Source: a virus. Taken from it: a DNA stretch of 64,000 bases. The notes beneath the pieces are model-generated. The model searched no databases, was not told the origin of the DNA, and saw only the letters and a list, made by a program, of their open reading frames with translations. The position numbers and the translations under genes are program-made. The first letter of the stretch is position 1. Every line of letters starts with the position of its first letter. Shown piece by piece: positions 20,292-29,505 of the stretch. The DNA lies in the IMG/VR virus record IMGVR_UViG_3300012931_000018, positions 1 through 64,000 of that record. The stretch is one strand, 5' to 3'.

Positions 20292-20350
20292 TATAAAAAA
20301 TTGGCAGGATAGAATGCCAGTATTTATAACTAAATAAAAAGGATCAGATA

Positions 20351-20650
20351 ATGGCTAAAGCAACAAAACAAAAACCTATGACAAAAAATCAAGTCATTTC
20401 TACATTAGCAGAAAATACCGGATTGTCAAAAAAGGAAACTTCATCTGTATTAGAAACTTTAGTTTCTACTGCATTAAAAAATTGTAAATCAGGTTTTACA
20501 ATTCCTGGTCTTGGCAAATTAATTCTTGTTCACCGTAAAGCAAGAAATGGCAGGAATCCGTTTACTGGTGAAAAAATTAAAATTAAAGCTAAGAATGCTC
20601 TTAAATTTAGAATTGCTAAAGCAGCTAAAGATGCAATTCTTGGGAATTAA
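20351..20650 (+). CDS. hup: HU family DNA-binding protein
   Basis: MTKNQVISTLAENTGLSKK...IPGLGKL...RKARNGRNPFTGEKIKIKAK...KF. Confidence 0.95.
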   Translation: MAKATKQKPMTKNQVISTLAENTGLSKKETSSVLETLVSTALKNCKSGFTIPGLGKLILVHRKARNGRNPFTGEKIKIKAKNALKFRIAKAAKDAILGN

Positions 20651-20664
20651 TTAACAAATAATTT

Positions 20665-20759
20665 AGGTAACTGCTGCTTGTGTTAATAATAAATTAATTA
20701 ATTGACCCTTAGCTCCATTATTAAATGAAAAGTGAAAGAAAAATAGCAGCAGTTTACCT
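20665..20759 (+). other. long-range stem enclosing 66 nt; possible structured RNA
   Basis: AGGTAACTGCTGCT pairs with AGCAGCAGTTTACCT (one bulge). Confidence 0.5.
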
Positions 20760-20783
20760 TAATAATAAAAGAGGAATATAAAA

Positions 20784-21362
20784 ATGATTGCGGAAACAAA
20801 ATTAAATGATAATTTGATAATTACAAGTGATGACTTAATAACTACTAAAAATATAGAAGATTGGGCACAAGCTATTAACAATGTAAAAGGATTGTTTAAT
20901 AAAAGAAATATATTGTGTACTGGTATTTGTGTTAATGAAAATTTATTTAAAAAATTAAAACAAGAAACCGATAGCATATCAGTTCAATATCCTAAAATAA
21001 TTAATCCGCGTGTAGTAAATGATTATTTCATGCAATCACTTAAAATTGGTTTCGTAAATGGAATGAAATTTAAGAGTAATACGGAGAATAATTCATTTTT
21101 TGATTCTGCAATAAAAATAATTTGTTTAGAAAAACAAAAAAGCGGTATTATTTATTTTTACGATTATAAAAAAATGGAAATTTATATTTCTATGTATGAA
21201 TATTTTGTTAATGAATATAAAATTGAAAGATATTTGACTGAGCAAGAAGAAAATAAATTGCTTGAATTATTAAATTTATTAAAAGATAAATTTATACCAG
21301 TATATAAAATAAAAAGTGCATTATTTAAATATTTTGGAGATTATGAAAGTTATGGAAAATGA
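20784..21362 (+). CDS. hypothetical protein
   Basis: GAGGA SD; 192 aa. Confidence 0.65.
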   Translation: MIAETKLNDNLIITSDDLITTKNIEDWAQAINNVKGLFNKRNILCTGICVNENLFKKLKQETDSISVQYPKIINPRVVNDYFMQSLKIGFVNGMKFKSNTENNSFFDSAIKIICLEKQKSGIIYFYDYKKMEIYISMYEYFVNEYKIERYLTEQEENKLLELLNLLKDKFIPVYKIKSALFKYFGDYESYGK

Positions 21363-22014
21363 AAATAAGAATTGGACTGATGAAATAAAAGATAGATTAG
21401 AAAAGATTCAGAAACTGTGCGATTATGGTTGTGATTTGCATACATATCTTATGGGTGATGGCAGTTGTAATTGTATAAATCGTAAAAAGAATATTTTATT
21501 ATTAGCAACTGAAATAATAAAAATTAGTCGGTCTTTTTATGTAGAAGTTACGGAAAATGATCAGGTAGATTTATTATCATTTGAGAAAAAAGTTACAGAT
21601 TGGCAAGATAAGAATTTTAATAATCATCATCCTATTCCAATAATAAATAATATTAAAGCAGTAATGCAAAAACTTGATGATAATAGTTATCATACTGGTA
21701 ATACGTTTGATGAAGAAAATATTATGCTTAGTCAATGTATAACCGAACTTGAGAAAACTATTGGTTATCGGAATTTGTTAGGTACTGTAGAAGAAATTGG
21801 TGAATTAAGTCACGCTCAATTAAAAGGTGAGCAAGGTATAAGGCATACACCAGAGGAAATTTTGGAAAAGAAAAAGGATGCTATTGGTGATGTGATAATT
21901 TATTTAATAAATTATTGTAATGGTCAAGGATTTACTTTGACTGAATGTATTAATTTAGCTTGGAATGAAGTGAAAGATCGAGATTGGACAAAAAATAAGT
22001 TGACCGGTAAATAA
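21352..22014 (+). CDS. MazG-like nucleotide pyrophosphohydrolase (start uncertain)
   Basis: GTVEEIGEL...DAIGDVIIYLINYC...AWNEVKDR. Confidence 0.85.
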   Translation: MENENKNWTDEIKDRLEKIQKLCDYGCDLHTYLMGDGSCNCINRKKNILLLATEIIKISRSFYVEVTENDQVDLLSFEKKVTDWQDKNFNNHHPIPIINNIKAVMQKLDDNSYHTGNTFDEENIMLSQCITELEKTIGYRNLLGTVEEIGELSHAQLKGEQGIRHTPEEILEKKKDAIGDVIIYLINYCNGQGFTLTECINLAWNEVKDRDWTKNKLTGK

Positions 22015-22028
22015 AAAAGGTGCATAAA

Positions 22029-22523
22029 ATGAATACAAAATTATATTGTGAACAAAGAGGTAAAGAAATTGCTGATCGATTAATTGAAAGGGTTGGTGGA
22101 GATTGGAAAGTTAATGTATGGGAGAATATGGGTTGGCATTTCAATGTTCAATGTGGAACTTTATCTATAAGTGAATGTGTGAATGGCTATAAAAATAAAA
22201 ATAATAAATTCTATTATTATATTATGGTTTCTAAAGATGAAGATAATATTGATACTGGTCATTCCCCTATTCAAAATTTAATAAAGAATAGTTGTAAAAC
22301 TCCAGAACAAGCTGTTAAGAATGCAATTGATGCTATGGATGAATATACATTTGAAGTGATGAAACTTTATTATTCAAATAAAAGAAAATTTAATGTGTTA
22401 TATCCTGATATTAAGATGGCGGATATGCAAATGAAAGTTGCTATTAATTTAATTCCAGCAATTGAAATTAAATTAAATGAAATATTAAATAATGTTAATA
22501 AACAAATCAATAATAAAAAATAA
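22029..22523 (+). CDS. hypothetical protein (paralog family A)
   Basis: W...PEQAVKNAIDA pattern shared with the 22535 and 23514 genes. Confidence 0.65.
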   Translation: MNTKLYCEQRGKEIADRLIERVGGDWKVNVWENMGWHFNVQCGTLSISECVNGYKNKNNKFYYYIMVSKDEDNIDTGHSPIQNLIKNSCKTPEQAVKNAIDAMDEYTFEVMKLYYSNKRKFNVLYPDIKMADMQMKVAINLIPAIEIKLNEILNNVNKQINNKK

Positions 22524-22534
22524 AAGGTGCTAAA

Positions 22535-22933
22535 ATGTTAAAAGAAGAAAAATTTGAAGAAAAAGTTAAAACAGCATGCAAGATATTAAATAACGTATTT
22601 CCTAAAACGAATTGGTATATTAATAATATTGAAGATGAATATCCAAGAATATTAAATGATACCGTTCCTGCGTTGCAAATAATTTGTAGTACGGATGATA
22701 ACGGCTGTTGTTGGGCTTCGTTGTATGATAAGGATGGTGAGCCATTTTTAGGCGAAGATATGGAAGAAAGGATAAATCAGATAACTAATAATTTTATGAG
22801 AAATGGTGATGCTATACCATTGAATAAACCTATGAAAGCAATTAAGATTTTTATTGATGCTTATAGGATTGTTATTAAAGATATTACGGATATCAATGTT
22901 GATTTAAAAAATCTTTTAGCTGAAATAAAATAA
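22535..22933 (+). CDS. hypothetical protein (paralog family A)
   Basis: LNNVFPKTNWYI...PMKAIKIFIDAY. Confidence 0.7.
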   Translation: MLKEEKFEEKVKTACKILNNVFPKTNWYINNIEDEYPRILNDTVPALQIICSTDDNGCCWASLYDKDGEPFLGEDMEERINQITNNFMRNGDAIPLNKPMKAIKIFIDAYRIVIKDITDINVDLKNLLAEIK

Positions 22934-22957
22934 TAAATAAAAAAAGAGGAATGTGTT

Positions 22958-23473
22958 ATGAAAGATTTGTTAGATATATTTAAGAAGATGTACAATGAGC
23001 AATTTCTTATACAGGATTTTTCTGAAGAATTGCAAATTGAACTTTTAGATTTAATGAATTTGCTTGATAATATTAAGCAAATTGTAGAAAAATATAAATG
23101 GAAAGCTATTGATTTTATAGATAAAGAAACTGGGTTTAGCACAACTATTATTTTATATGATATTATTTTGAATAATAAATATACAATAGAATTTGAAAAA
23201 CCATTTGTTATTGTTGGCTGGACTGGTAATAATGTTAAAGACGCTGTTGCTCATCTTAGCGCTGAATTACATGGAATGCTGCTGATTAAAGAATATAGTA
23301 TTGATGAAATAAGAGATATTGATGATAATGCTGTAAAGGATTGGTTAAAAAAGGGATATTATAGTTTTCATCATTTGCCAATAAAAGATTTAAGCTATAT
23401 TGAGCAATTAAAATTTACGGATGTTTCGGATTATCATTTAGCAGATTATAGTTTTTATAAATTGGTTGAATGA
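22958..23473 (+). CDS. hypothetical protein
   Basis: GAGGA SD. Confidence 0.65.
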   Translation: MKDLLDIFKKMYNEQFLIQDFSEELQIELLDLMNLLDNIKQIVEKYKWKAIDFIDKETGFSTTIILYDIILNNKYTIEFEKPFVIVGWTGNNVKDAVAHLSAELHGMLLIKEYSIDEIRDIDDNAVKDWLKKGYYSFHHLPIKDLSYIEQLKFTDVSDYHLADYSFYKLVE

Positions 23474-23513
23474 GATTTATAATTGTTATAAAAAATAAAG
23501 TAAAGGATAAATT

Positions 23514-23900
23514 ATGAAAAATTCTGAAAAACTTACCGTTGCACAAGTTTTCTATAAAAAAGTAAATAAGGTGAAAGATAAATTGAATGCTGCTTATCCA
23601 GGAATGAAATGGTATATATTATATCATATAGATGATTATTATTCAGGAATAAGAAGTGAATCTTTGCCATTTTTAGTAATTATTTGCTGTCCTGATTCTT
23701 GTTATTGTACTTTTGATATATTTGATTCTAATTTGGAAAGGAATATGGATGAAATTATTTTAAAGAAATATAAAAAACTTACCAATTCAATTAATAATCC
23801 GGTAAAAGCTGTTGAGAAATTTGTATATGCTTTTAATATAATGGCTGTAAGAACAAATAATATTTGTTCACAATTAAATAATTTTATTCCAATAAAATAA
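23514..23900 (+). CDS. hypothetical protein (paralog family A)
   Basis: LNAAYPGMKWYI...PVKAVEKFVYAF. Confidence 0.7.
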   Translation: MKNSEKLTVAQVFYKKVNKVKDKLNAAYPGMKWYILYHIDDYYSGIRSESLPFLVIICCPDSCYCTFDIFDSNLERNMDEIILKKYKKLTNSINNPVKAVEKFVYAFNIMAVRTNNICSQLNNFIPIK

Positions 23901-23908
23901 TATTATGT

Positions 23909-23919
23909 TTTGTATATTA
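23909..23919 (+). promoter_or_regulatory. candidate promoter motif TTTGTATATTA
   Basis: Third exact intergenic copy. Confidence 0.45.
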
Positions 23920-23954
23920 TTATAAGAACAATAAAATATAAGGATGAATAAAAA

Positions 23955-24962
23955 ATGGAAAAATCATTTCAAGATCAATTAATTCAAATAATTGAAAAAA
24001 GAATTTCTTTATTAAAAAAGAATAAAAATAACAACTTAGATGATAGTGTAAGCAGGATGGCAGAATTACAAAAGATTTATATGCTATTACATGGTGAAAT
24101 AACTATAAAAGAATATATAGGTGAAAGTGAAAAAATTAAAGAGCCTGCTATTGAAGCTATTGAAGATAATTCAAAACCTATTAAGGTAAAGTTTGTTGTT
24201 GGTGTAGATAGTGATACTAAAAAAGAAAAGTTGTTTGCTGATAATTTTGATCGTGCATATTTAGATGGATTAGCTAAAGATACGGAGCAAGAAAATGTAA
24301 TTGATGGTGTAAAGAAAGCACCAGTTGTACTTAAAGAATCTGACCAAGCACATGCAGGTGAAGTGATTGATGAAGATGAATATTTTGCTGATTCGTTAAA
24401 TACTATAGAAATGGGAACAAAAGTTAATAAAATACCTATTGTATCTAAAGAACCTGATCAAGAACCTGCTGAACCTAAAAAGAAAAAAGAATATTATACG
24501 ACTTTAGCAGATGTTATGAAAAACTGTGAGTTCATAGTAAATACTAATAATGATAAGAAATGGTTTGAAGAAATAACGAAAATTTATAATAAAAAATTAG
24601 GGAAAAGAAGATTTAAGATCGTTAGCATACAACCGGATATGATTATAAGTAAAAGTAAAAAGTATTATATAGTAGAAAGTGAAGGTATAAGATCGTTATG
24701 GTTAAGGGTTGGAAATAATGGAAATAATAAGAAATGGGATTTACCGCGTCGAATTTTTATGAATAAGGAAATGGAAGAACATTGTGAACTAATACAACGA
24801 GATAATGATAAGAAAGAATTGCTTAATGAAATTGAAAGGGTTGGTGGACGTTGGATTGATTATTATCAAAACCATGCCATTAGTGTACGAAAATATAAAA
24901 GATATTATTGGATATATCGTAAATCATCGGATGCAACGGAACTTTGGAAAGTTAAAAAATAA
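23955..24962 (+). CDS. hypothetical protein with two copies of repeat domain B
   Basis: MKNCEFI...YYIV...SLWLRV and EEHCELI...YYWI...ELWKVK. Confidence 0.75.
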   Translation: MEKSFQDQLIQIIEKRISLLKKNKNNNLDDSVSRMAELQKIYMLLHGEITIKEYIGESEKIKEPAIEAIEDNSKPIKVKFVVGVDSDTKKEKLFADNFDRAYLDGLAKDTEQENVIDGVKKAPVVLKESDQAHAGEVIDEDEYFADSLNTIEMGTKVNKIPIVSKEPDQEPAEPKKKKEYYTTLADVMKNCEFIVNTNNDKKWFEEITKIYNKKLGKRRFKIVSIQPDMIISKSKKYYIVESEGIRSLWLRVGNNGNNKKWDLPRRIFMNKEMEEHCELIQRDNDKKELLNEIERVGGRWIDYYQNHAISVRKYKRYYWIYRKSSDATELWKVKK

Positions 24963-24975
24963 AAGGAATAATTCT

Positions 24976-25215
24976 ATGGATAAGGTAAATCAAATCTACC
25001 AAACTGTTAAAGAAGTAAAAAACAATTGCCGATTAATAGCTAATAGTGCTAAAGATTATCAGGAATATAAATCTGCTTTAAATAAGATATCTACTGAAAC
25101 GAAAGGAATGGATTGGCAGGAAATTAATATTGATGGTAATGTCCATATTAAAAAGATAAAAGAGTATTACTTGTTGTATTCTTTATATGGTACAGCACAA
25201 CTCTATAAAGCATAA
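24976..25215 (+). CDS. hypothetical protein (single domain B)
   Basis: AAGGA SD before ATG 24976; TVKEVKNNCRLI...EYYLL...QLYKA. Confidence 0.7.
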   Translation: MDKVNQIYQTVKEVKNNCRLIANSAKDYQEYKSALNKISTETKGMDWQEINIDGNVHIKKIKEYYLLYSLYGTAQLYKA

Positions 25216-25233
25216 AAGGGAGATTTATATATT

Positions 25234-25452
25234 ATGTCATATAATATTAATAAAACTATTAAAATAAGGAATAATAATAGCACATCATCTATAAGGACAC
25301 ATCGTAAACAAATAAGAAGTATAATCAATAGTTTACCTGTTGATATAGAAAAAGCGTTTAAGAATAATAAATTGATAAATATTAATGAAAGTGTTAAGTA
25401 TAGTGAGCAAGTTCCGGTATCTAAAACAATAACAATTGAGATCACGTTATGA
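25234..25452 (+). CDS. hypothetical protein
   Basis: GGGAG SD; ATGA coupling. Confidence 0.6.
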   Translation: MSYNINKTIKIRNNNSTSSIRTHRKQIRSIINSLPVDIEKAFKNNKLININESVKYSEQVPVSKTITIEITL

Positions 25453-25784
25453 AAGAACTAATAACTGTAAAGGAAATAAAAGAACAGTGTATGCTAATTT
25501 TTGATGCTGAAGATGATATAGTGCTTTATGTACAGGTATTAAATAGAGTTAAGGCACTATATCCTAATGAAAAGTTTAACCAGGTTGCTACATATAATGA
25601 TACAACAATAAGTAGAATGCGGGAATATTATATGGTAAACCATCTTGGTATGCTTAGTTTATGGAAATTAAAAGAAAAAGATAGTGTTCATACTGTTAAT
25701 AACCCTATAGAGCACATTGAAGAACCACATAAAGTAGAACCTAAATCTTGTAAGATGTATATAGGTGAAGGTCTCACGATTTAA
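25449..25784 (+). CDS. hypothetical protein (single domain B)
   Basis: TVKEIKEQCMLI...EYYMV...SLWKLK. Confidence 0.7.
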   Translation: MKELITVKEIKEQCMLIFDAEDDIVLYVQVLNRVKALYPNEKFNQVATYNDTTISRMREYYMVNHLGMLSLWKLKEKDSVHTVNNPIEHIEEPHKVEPKSCKMYIGEGLTI

Positions 25785-26664
25785 TAGAAAAAGAAAAAGG
25801 ATAATAATAGTAGTAAGGTAAAGGATAGTAAGAAAGAAAACAATTAACTGCATGTATATAGTAATAAGATAGAATAAGGAAAGAAACAATGAATATGTTG
25901 ATGAATAGTAGTAAAGAATATATAATATTAGATGGTAATAGAGTAATTGATTATAGTATATCGAGGAATAAAGTAATGAATAGTGTATTATGCTATTTAG
26001 ATGATAAGTTAAGTGATAATATGTTGAGCAATAAAACAATTTATTTGTTGAGTAATAAAGTAACAGTATTAGATCAAGACCAAAGATTAATAATATCAAG
26101 TAATAAAGGAATAGGGCAAAGATTGTTTTATTTGTTGAGTAATAAGATAATAAATAAAAGATTAAGGCACCACATGCTTCTAAACACACATGGTTCAACG
26201 ATGGCAATCCCCGATAACTCGATAGCTCGAATTGATATAGAAAGTAGTCTATTTACCCCTTACACTGCTGATACTGCCCATATTGTTAGAAGCTCCGTAA
26301 TATTGTTTAGTAGTCCTATAATACTGTTCATACTGTTGCTACTGTTGTATATTATTGATATAGTAATAAAATATATTGTTAGTACTGTCGATGATGTTAG
26401 CAGTATGGCAGTATTAGTAATGTTGAACAGTATATTATTAAATCCCAAGCAGTTAGGGGCGGGGGTATCAACAGTATCAACATTTTCACATTTAAGTATG
26501 AGATGTCTCTTTCGCCCCTACATACAATTTTTTCAAAAATTCTCTACTTTTCCCAACAGTATGAAAAAATTCTCTACTTTTCATAACAGTATTAAAAAAT
26601 TATCAGCATATCACTACTCACACACTGCCCACAATAGCACAATAAATATATAATTAACATAACA
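25785..26664. other. non-coding repeat-rich region; candidate replication origin, packaging site or genome-end region
   Basis: Purine-rich then C-richer halves; opposed ATACTGTT/AACAGTAT arrays; 30-bp tandem repeats; GC-rich inverted repeat. Confidence 0.5.
26535..26601. repeat. 30-bp tandem repeat (about 2.2 copies)
   Basis: AAAAATTCTCTACTTTTCCCAACAGTATGA / AAAAATTCTCTACTTTTCATAACAGTATTA / AAAAATT. Confidence 0.85.
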
Positions 26665-26682
26665 ACACAGGGGATAAATAAA

Positions 26683-27261
26683 ATGAATGAAAATAAGATA
26701 ACACATTTATCAATGAATGATAATAATTCTTTATTAACGAAAGAAGAATTAACCAGAGAATTATTAAAAGTACCGGACGTATTAAAGGAACAAATTAAAG
26801 AGGCAATAGAAAATAATCTCGATGTAAGTATATTGATGCATAATACACATGCTATGGATGCTGATGGTAAAATCCAGGTACTTGGTTGCCACTATAGTAT
26901 CTTTGTTCCTTTTAATGTTATGAATACTAAGGAAAAGAATCTTGAAGTAATTGTTAAAAATATTGTATATGTTCCTTTACATGATAATTATTCTGCTAAT
27001 GTAGAAATTTATTACGCGGATAATAAAATATATTCCGAAGATATAATAATTGATAGTGTTGATATGATTAATTATATAGAAACTAAATTTAATCATGATG
27101 TTGTGAATAGAAAATATGGAACAGTGATAAATATGGATGATAATGAAGTACTTGGTTTGGAATTGGCATTGAATCCTGATCCTAATCGGACTTTACAATG
27201 TGATATAGATTGGCAATCTTTATATGTTAATTTCTATTATAAAATAGATGAGATAGAATAA
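26683..27261 (+). CDS. hypothetical protein
   Basis: ACACAGGGGA box and SD upstream. Confidence 0.7.
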   Translation: MNENKITHLSMNDNNSLLTKEELTRELLKVPDVLKEQIKEAIENNLDVSILMHNTHAMDADGKIQVLGCHYSIFVPFNVMNTKEKNLEVIVKNIVYVPLHDNYSANVEIYYADNKIYSEDIIIDSVDMINYIETKFNHDVVNRKYGTVINMDDNEVLGLELALNPDPNRTLQCDIDWQSLYVNFYYKIDEIE

Positions 27262-27263
27262 AT

Positions 27264-27641
27264 ATGCGGACTATGGAAATAGAACTAATGGAAATACAAG
27301 ATGATGGCAATGCTGTATTAAAATTATCTATAAGTGAATTTGTTAATTATAAAATAGTATTGTCTAAGCATATTTCTTTTGAATTTGTTAATTATAAAAT
27401 AGTATTGTCTAAGCATATTTCTCTTGAAAAGAAAGTATTTGCTGAACTCAAGGAAACTAAAATAATGAATGGATTAGATAAGGTTGGAGATAAAAATAAA
27501 GTAGGCGTGTTAAATGTGATAGGTGGCAGTAATTTAAAAAATGGATTGAATAAAAATTTAGATATGAGTTTTGAAGTATCTGAAGATTGTGAAACTATAA
27601 GTGAATTTAGAATATTTGAATTAATAAAGGGAGGAAAATAA
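27264..27641 (+). CDS. hypothetical protein with an internal 15-aa duplication
   Basis: EFVNYKIVLSKHIS occurs twice. Confidence 0.65.
   Translation: MRTMEIELMEIQDDGNAVLKLSISEFVNYKIVLSKHISFEFVNYKIVLSKHISLEKKVFAELKETKIMNGLDKVGDKNKVGVLNVIGGSNLKNGLNKNLDMSFEVSEDCETISEFRIFELIKGGK
27335..27422. repeat. 45-bp-period in-frame tandem duplication
   Basis: TGAATTTGTTAATTATAAAATAGTATTGTCTAAGCATATTTCT twice. Confidence 0.95.
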
Positions 27642-27642
27642 A

Positions 27643-28242
27643 ATGAAAAATAATTTATTACAAGACTTGGAAGCAATACTGTTTTTAATAGGCATGACGA
27701 TAACACTGGTTATATTAACCAGGTGTACTTCGATTGGTAATAATACTGAAAAACCTATTCCGTTAGCTAACGATACGGAGCGTTTTCGGTATCTTTCAAT
27801 TCTAATAAAAGAGTGTAATGATAGTTTAATAGTTCATGGGAATACGGGTGATACTATAAAAATGAAATCTGATTATGGGTTAGTACAATCCCTGGAACAA
27901 AATCGCTTATTATTATTAAGACGTGTATTAGATTATTATAAAAGTCCTATTGCTGATGAAATAGAAATAGATACCTTGAATAAAATGGTGAGATGGAAAG
28001 ATGAAATCTTGTTTCATCAAGGTGATTGTATAAATCACAATAAATTTTTAACAGGTGTGATATTAAATAATAAGTATCTTCAAGATGATGCTGGTGCCAC
28101 GATGGTACTTGGATATTTTCGAGATGGTATGCATTTTGTAAAAATTAGGGATATAAAAAAAATAAGGTGTGAAGATATTCAGAAAGATTTTAAAGCAGAA
28201 GCCCGTATTTATATAAATAAATTGAATCGTAAACGAAAATGA
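27643..28242 (+). CDS. putative lipoprotein / exported protein
   Basis: Hydrophobic N-terminus ending ILTRC; GGAGG SD. Confidence 0.65.
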   Translation: MKNNLLQDLEAILFLIGMTITLVILTRCTSIGNNTEKPIPLANDTERFRYLSILIKECNDSLIVHGNTGDTIKMKSDYGLVQSLEQNRLLLLRRVLDYYKSPIADEIEIDTLNKMVRWKDEILFHQGDCINHNKFLTGVILNNKYLQDDAGATMVLGYFRDGMHFVKIRDIKKIRCEDIQKDFKAEARIYINKLNRKRK

Positions 28243-29504
28243 AACGTTTAATTTATTTACTGCCGTTTGTGTTATTGATAATATTTCAATTAATATTAAT
28301 AGATAAAGGAATATTATCGATATCCGCTGATGAAAGCGGTCATACCTTAAATGCTTATAATTATTATATAGGCAAAGGGAGTTTGTGGGGTATGTGGCTG
28401 CCAGGGCAACAGCTTATTTATACGGCGGGATTTATGGTATGGAAAGATTTAGTGTGGATGCCACGAATAGTGAGTATGATGTTTGGAATATTTACATTGA
28501 TAAGTTTAATGCTGGTGACTAAAGAATTATTTAAGGATAAGAATATAATTGTTATGACTGGAGTGTTTGGAAGTTTATTTGTTGGAATAAATTTATATAG
28601 CGTATTGCCCTTGACTGAAATATATTTCTTTGCTTTTATATTATTGGAAATATATTTAATGCTATATTATTTACGGACTGGTAAGAAAGAATGGCTGGTA
28701 ATTATAGTTGGAATAATAGCAACAATGTTTCGTTATGATGGTTGGGTATTTATACTGGTTGTGGGCGGTATGATGATAAAGAAATTAAAATATAAAACTA
28801 TACTGTTGTTTTTATTTCCGGTGGTATGGGTAATGTATGGATGGATAATGACAGGGGATATGTTTGGGTTTATACATAGTGTTGCTGAAAGAAGAATAGC
28901 GTTGCGAAATGATGAAGGTATGATATATAACTATATTCTTCTAACATTGGAATCTACTTTATTGGCTGGATTATTTTTTATTAATAAAAATAAAAAATAC
29001 TTAATGTTATATGTGATAACTTTTATTATTTGGGCAATAGCTTTATCTCGAACCGGAGCAATGCCGACTCATAATGTATGGCGTGTACCGTTGATATGGA
29101 ATATTATGATGATACCGTTTCTTGCTTATGTTGTGATGAAACCTAAACAAAAAATATTGAGCGTTGTAGTAATTATAATTATTTCACTTTTATTCATAAA
29201 GCAAACTGTTAAATATATTTCATTACCACAAAAATACATTTTAACGTGGAATGAAATTGAACTGGGTAAGAAAATTCAACAGCTCGATGGGGGAATTATT
29301 ATTCCTAAGATGGGTTGGGAATACTCGAATATTCTTGTGGTAAGTCAACGACCTGAAAGAATTTCTTTTAAAGATGGAATTAACTATATGGATTTAATAT
29401 TGTACGATTATTTAATTGTACCGCGCCGGATTTATATTGATAAGGAAGAAATATGGAATAATAAAGATTGGTTTATTTATAAATTAAAAAACACAGGGGA
29501 ATAA
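28239..29504 (+). CDS. GT-C fold multi-pass membrane glycosyltransferase (ArnT/PMT-like)
   Basis: First TM then SADE acidic loop motif; PLTE; FRYDG; many TM helices; soluble C-terminal domain. Confidence 0.72.
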   Translation: MKRLIYLLPFVLLIIFQLILIDKGILSISADESGHTLNAYNYYIGKGSLWGMWLPGQQLIYTAGFMVWKDLVWMPRIVSMMFGIFTLISLMLVTKELFKDKNIIVMTGVFGSLFVGINLYSVLPLTEIYFFAFILLEIYLMLYYLRTGKKEWLVIIVGIIATMFRYDGWVFILVVGGMMIKKLKYKTILLFLFPVVWVMYGWIMTGDMFGFIHSVAERRIALRNDEGMIYNYILLTLESTLLAGLFFINKNKKYLMLYVITFIIWAIALSRTGAMPTHNVWRVPLIWNIMMIPFLAYVVMKPKQKILSVVVIIIISLLFIKQTVKYISLPQKYILTWNEIELGKKIQQLDGGIIIPKMGWEYSNILVVSQRPERISFKDGINYMDLILYDYLIVPRRIYIDKEEIWNNKDWFIYKLKNTGE

Positions 29505-29505
29505 A

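Noticed and set aside
24805-24975. N-terminal extension of ORF 24805-25215
   Set aside because: It overlaps the upstream gene by about 160 nt; the SD and domain homology support ATG 24976.
26260-26600. CRISPR array
   Set aside because: Repeats are short, degenerate and change orientation, with no constant repeat plus unique spacers and no cas genes.
25668-26653. ORFs 25889-26653 (+), 25668-26207 (-) and 26260-26448 (-)
   Set aside because: Atypical composition driven by DNA repeats and no recognisable motifs; the region is better explained as non-coding, though coding cannot be fully excluded.
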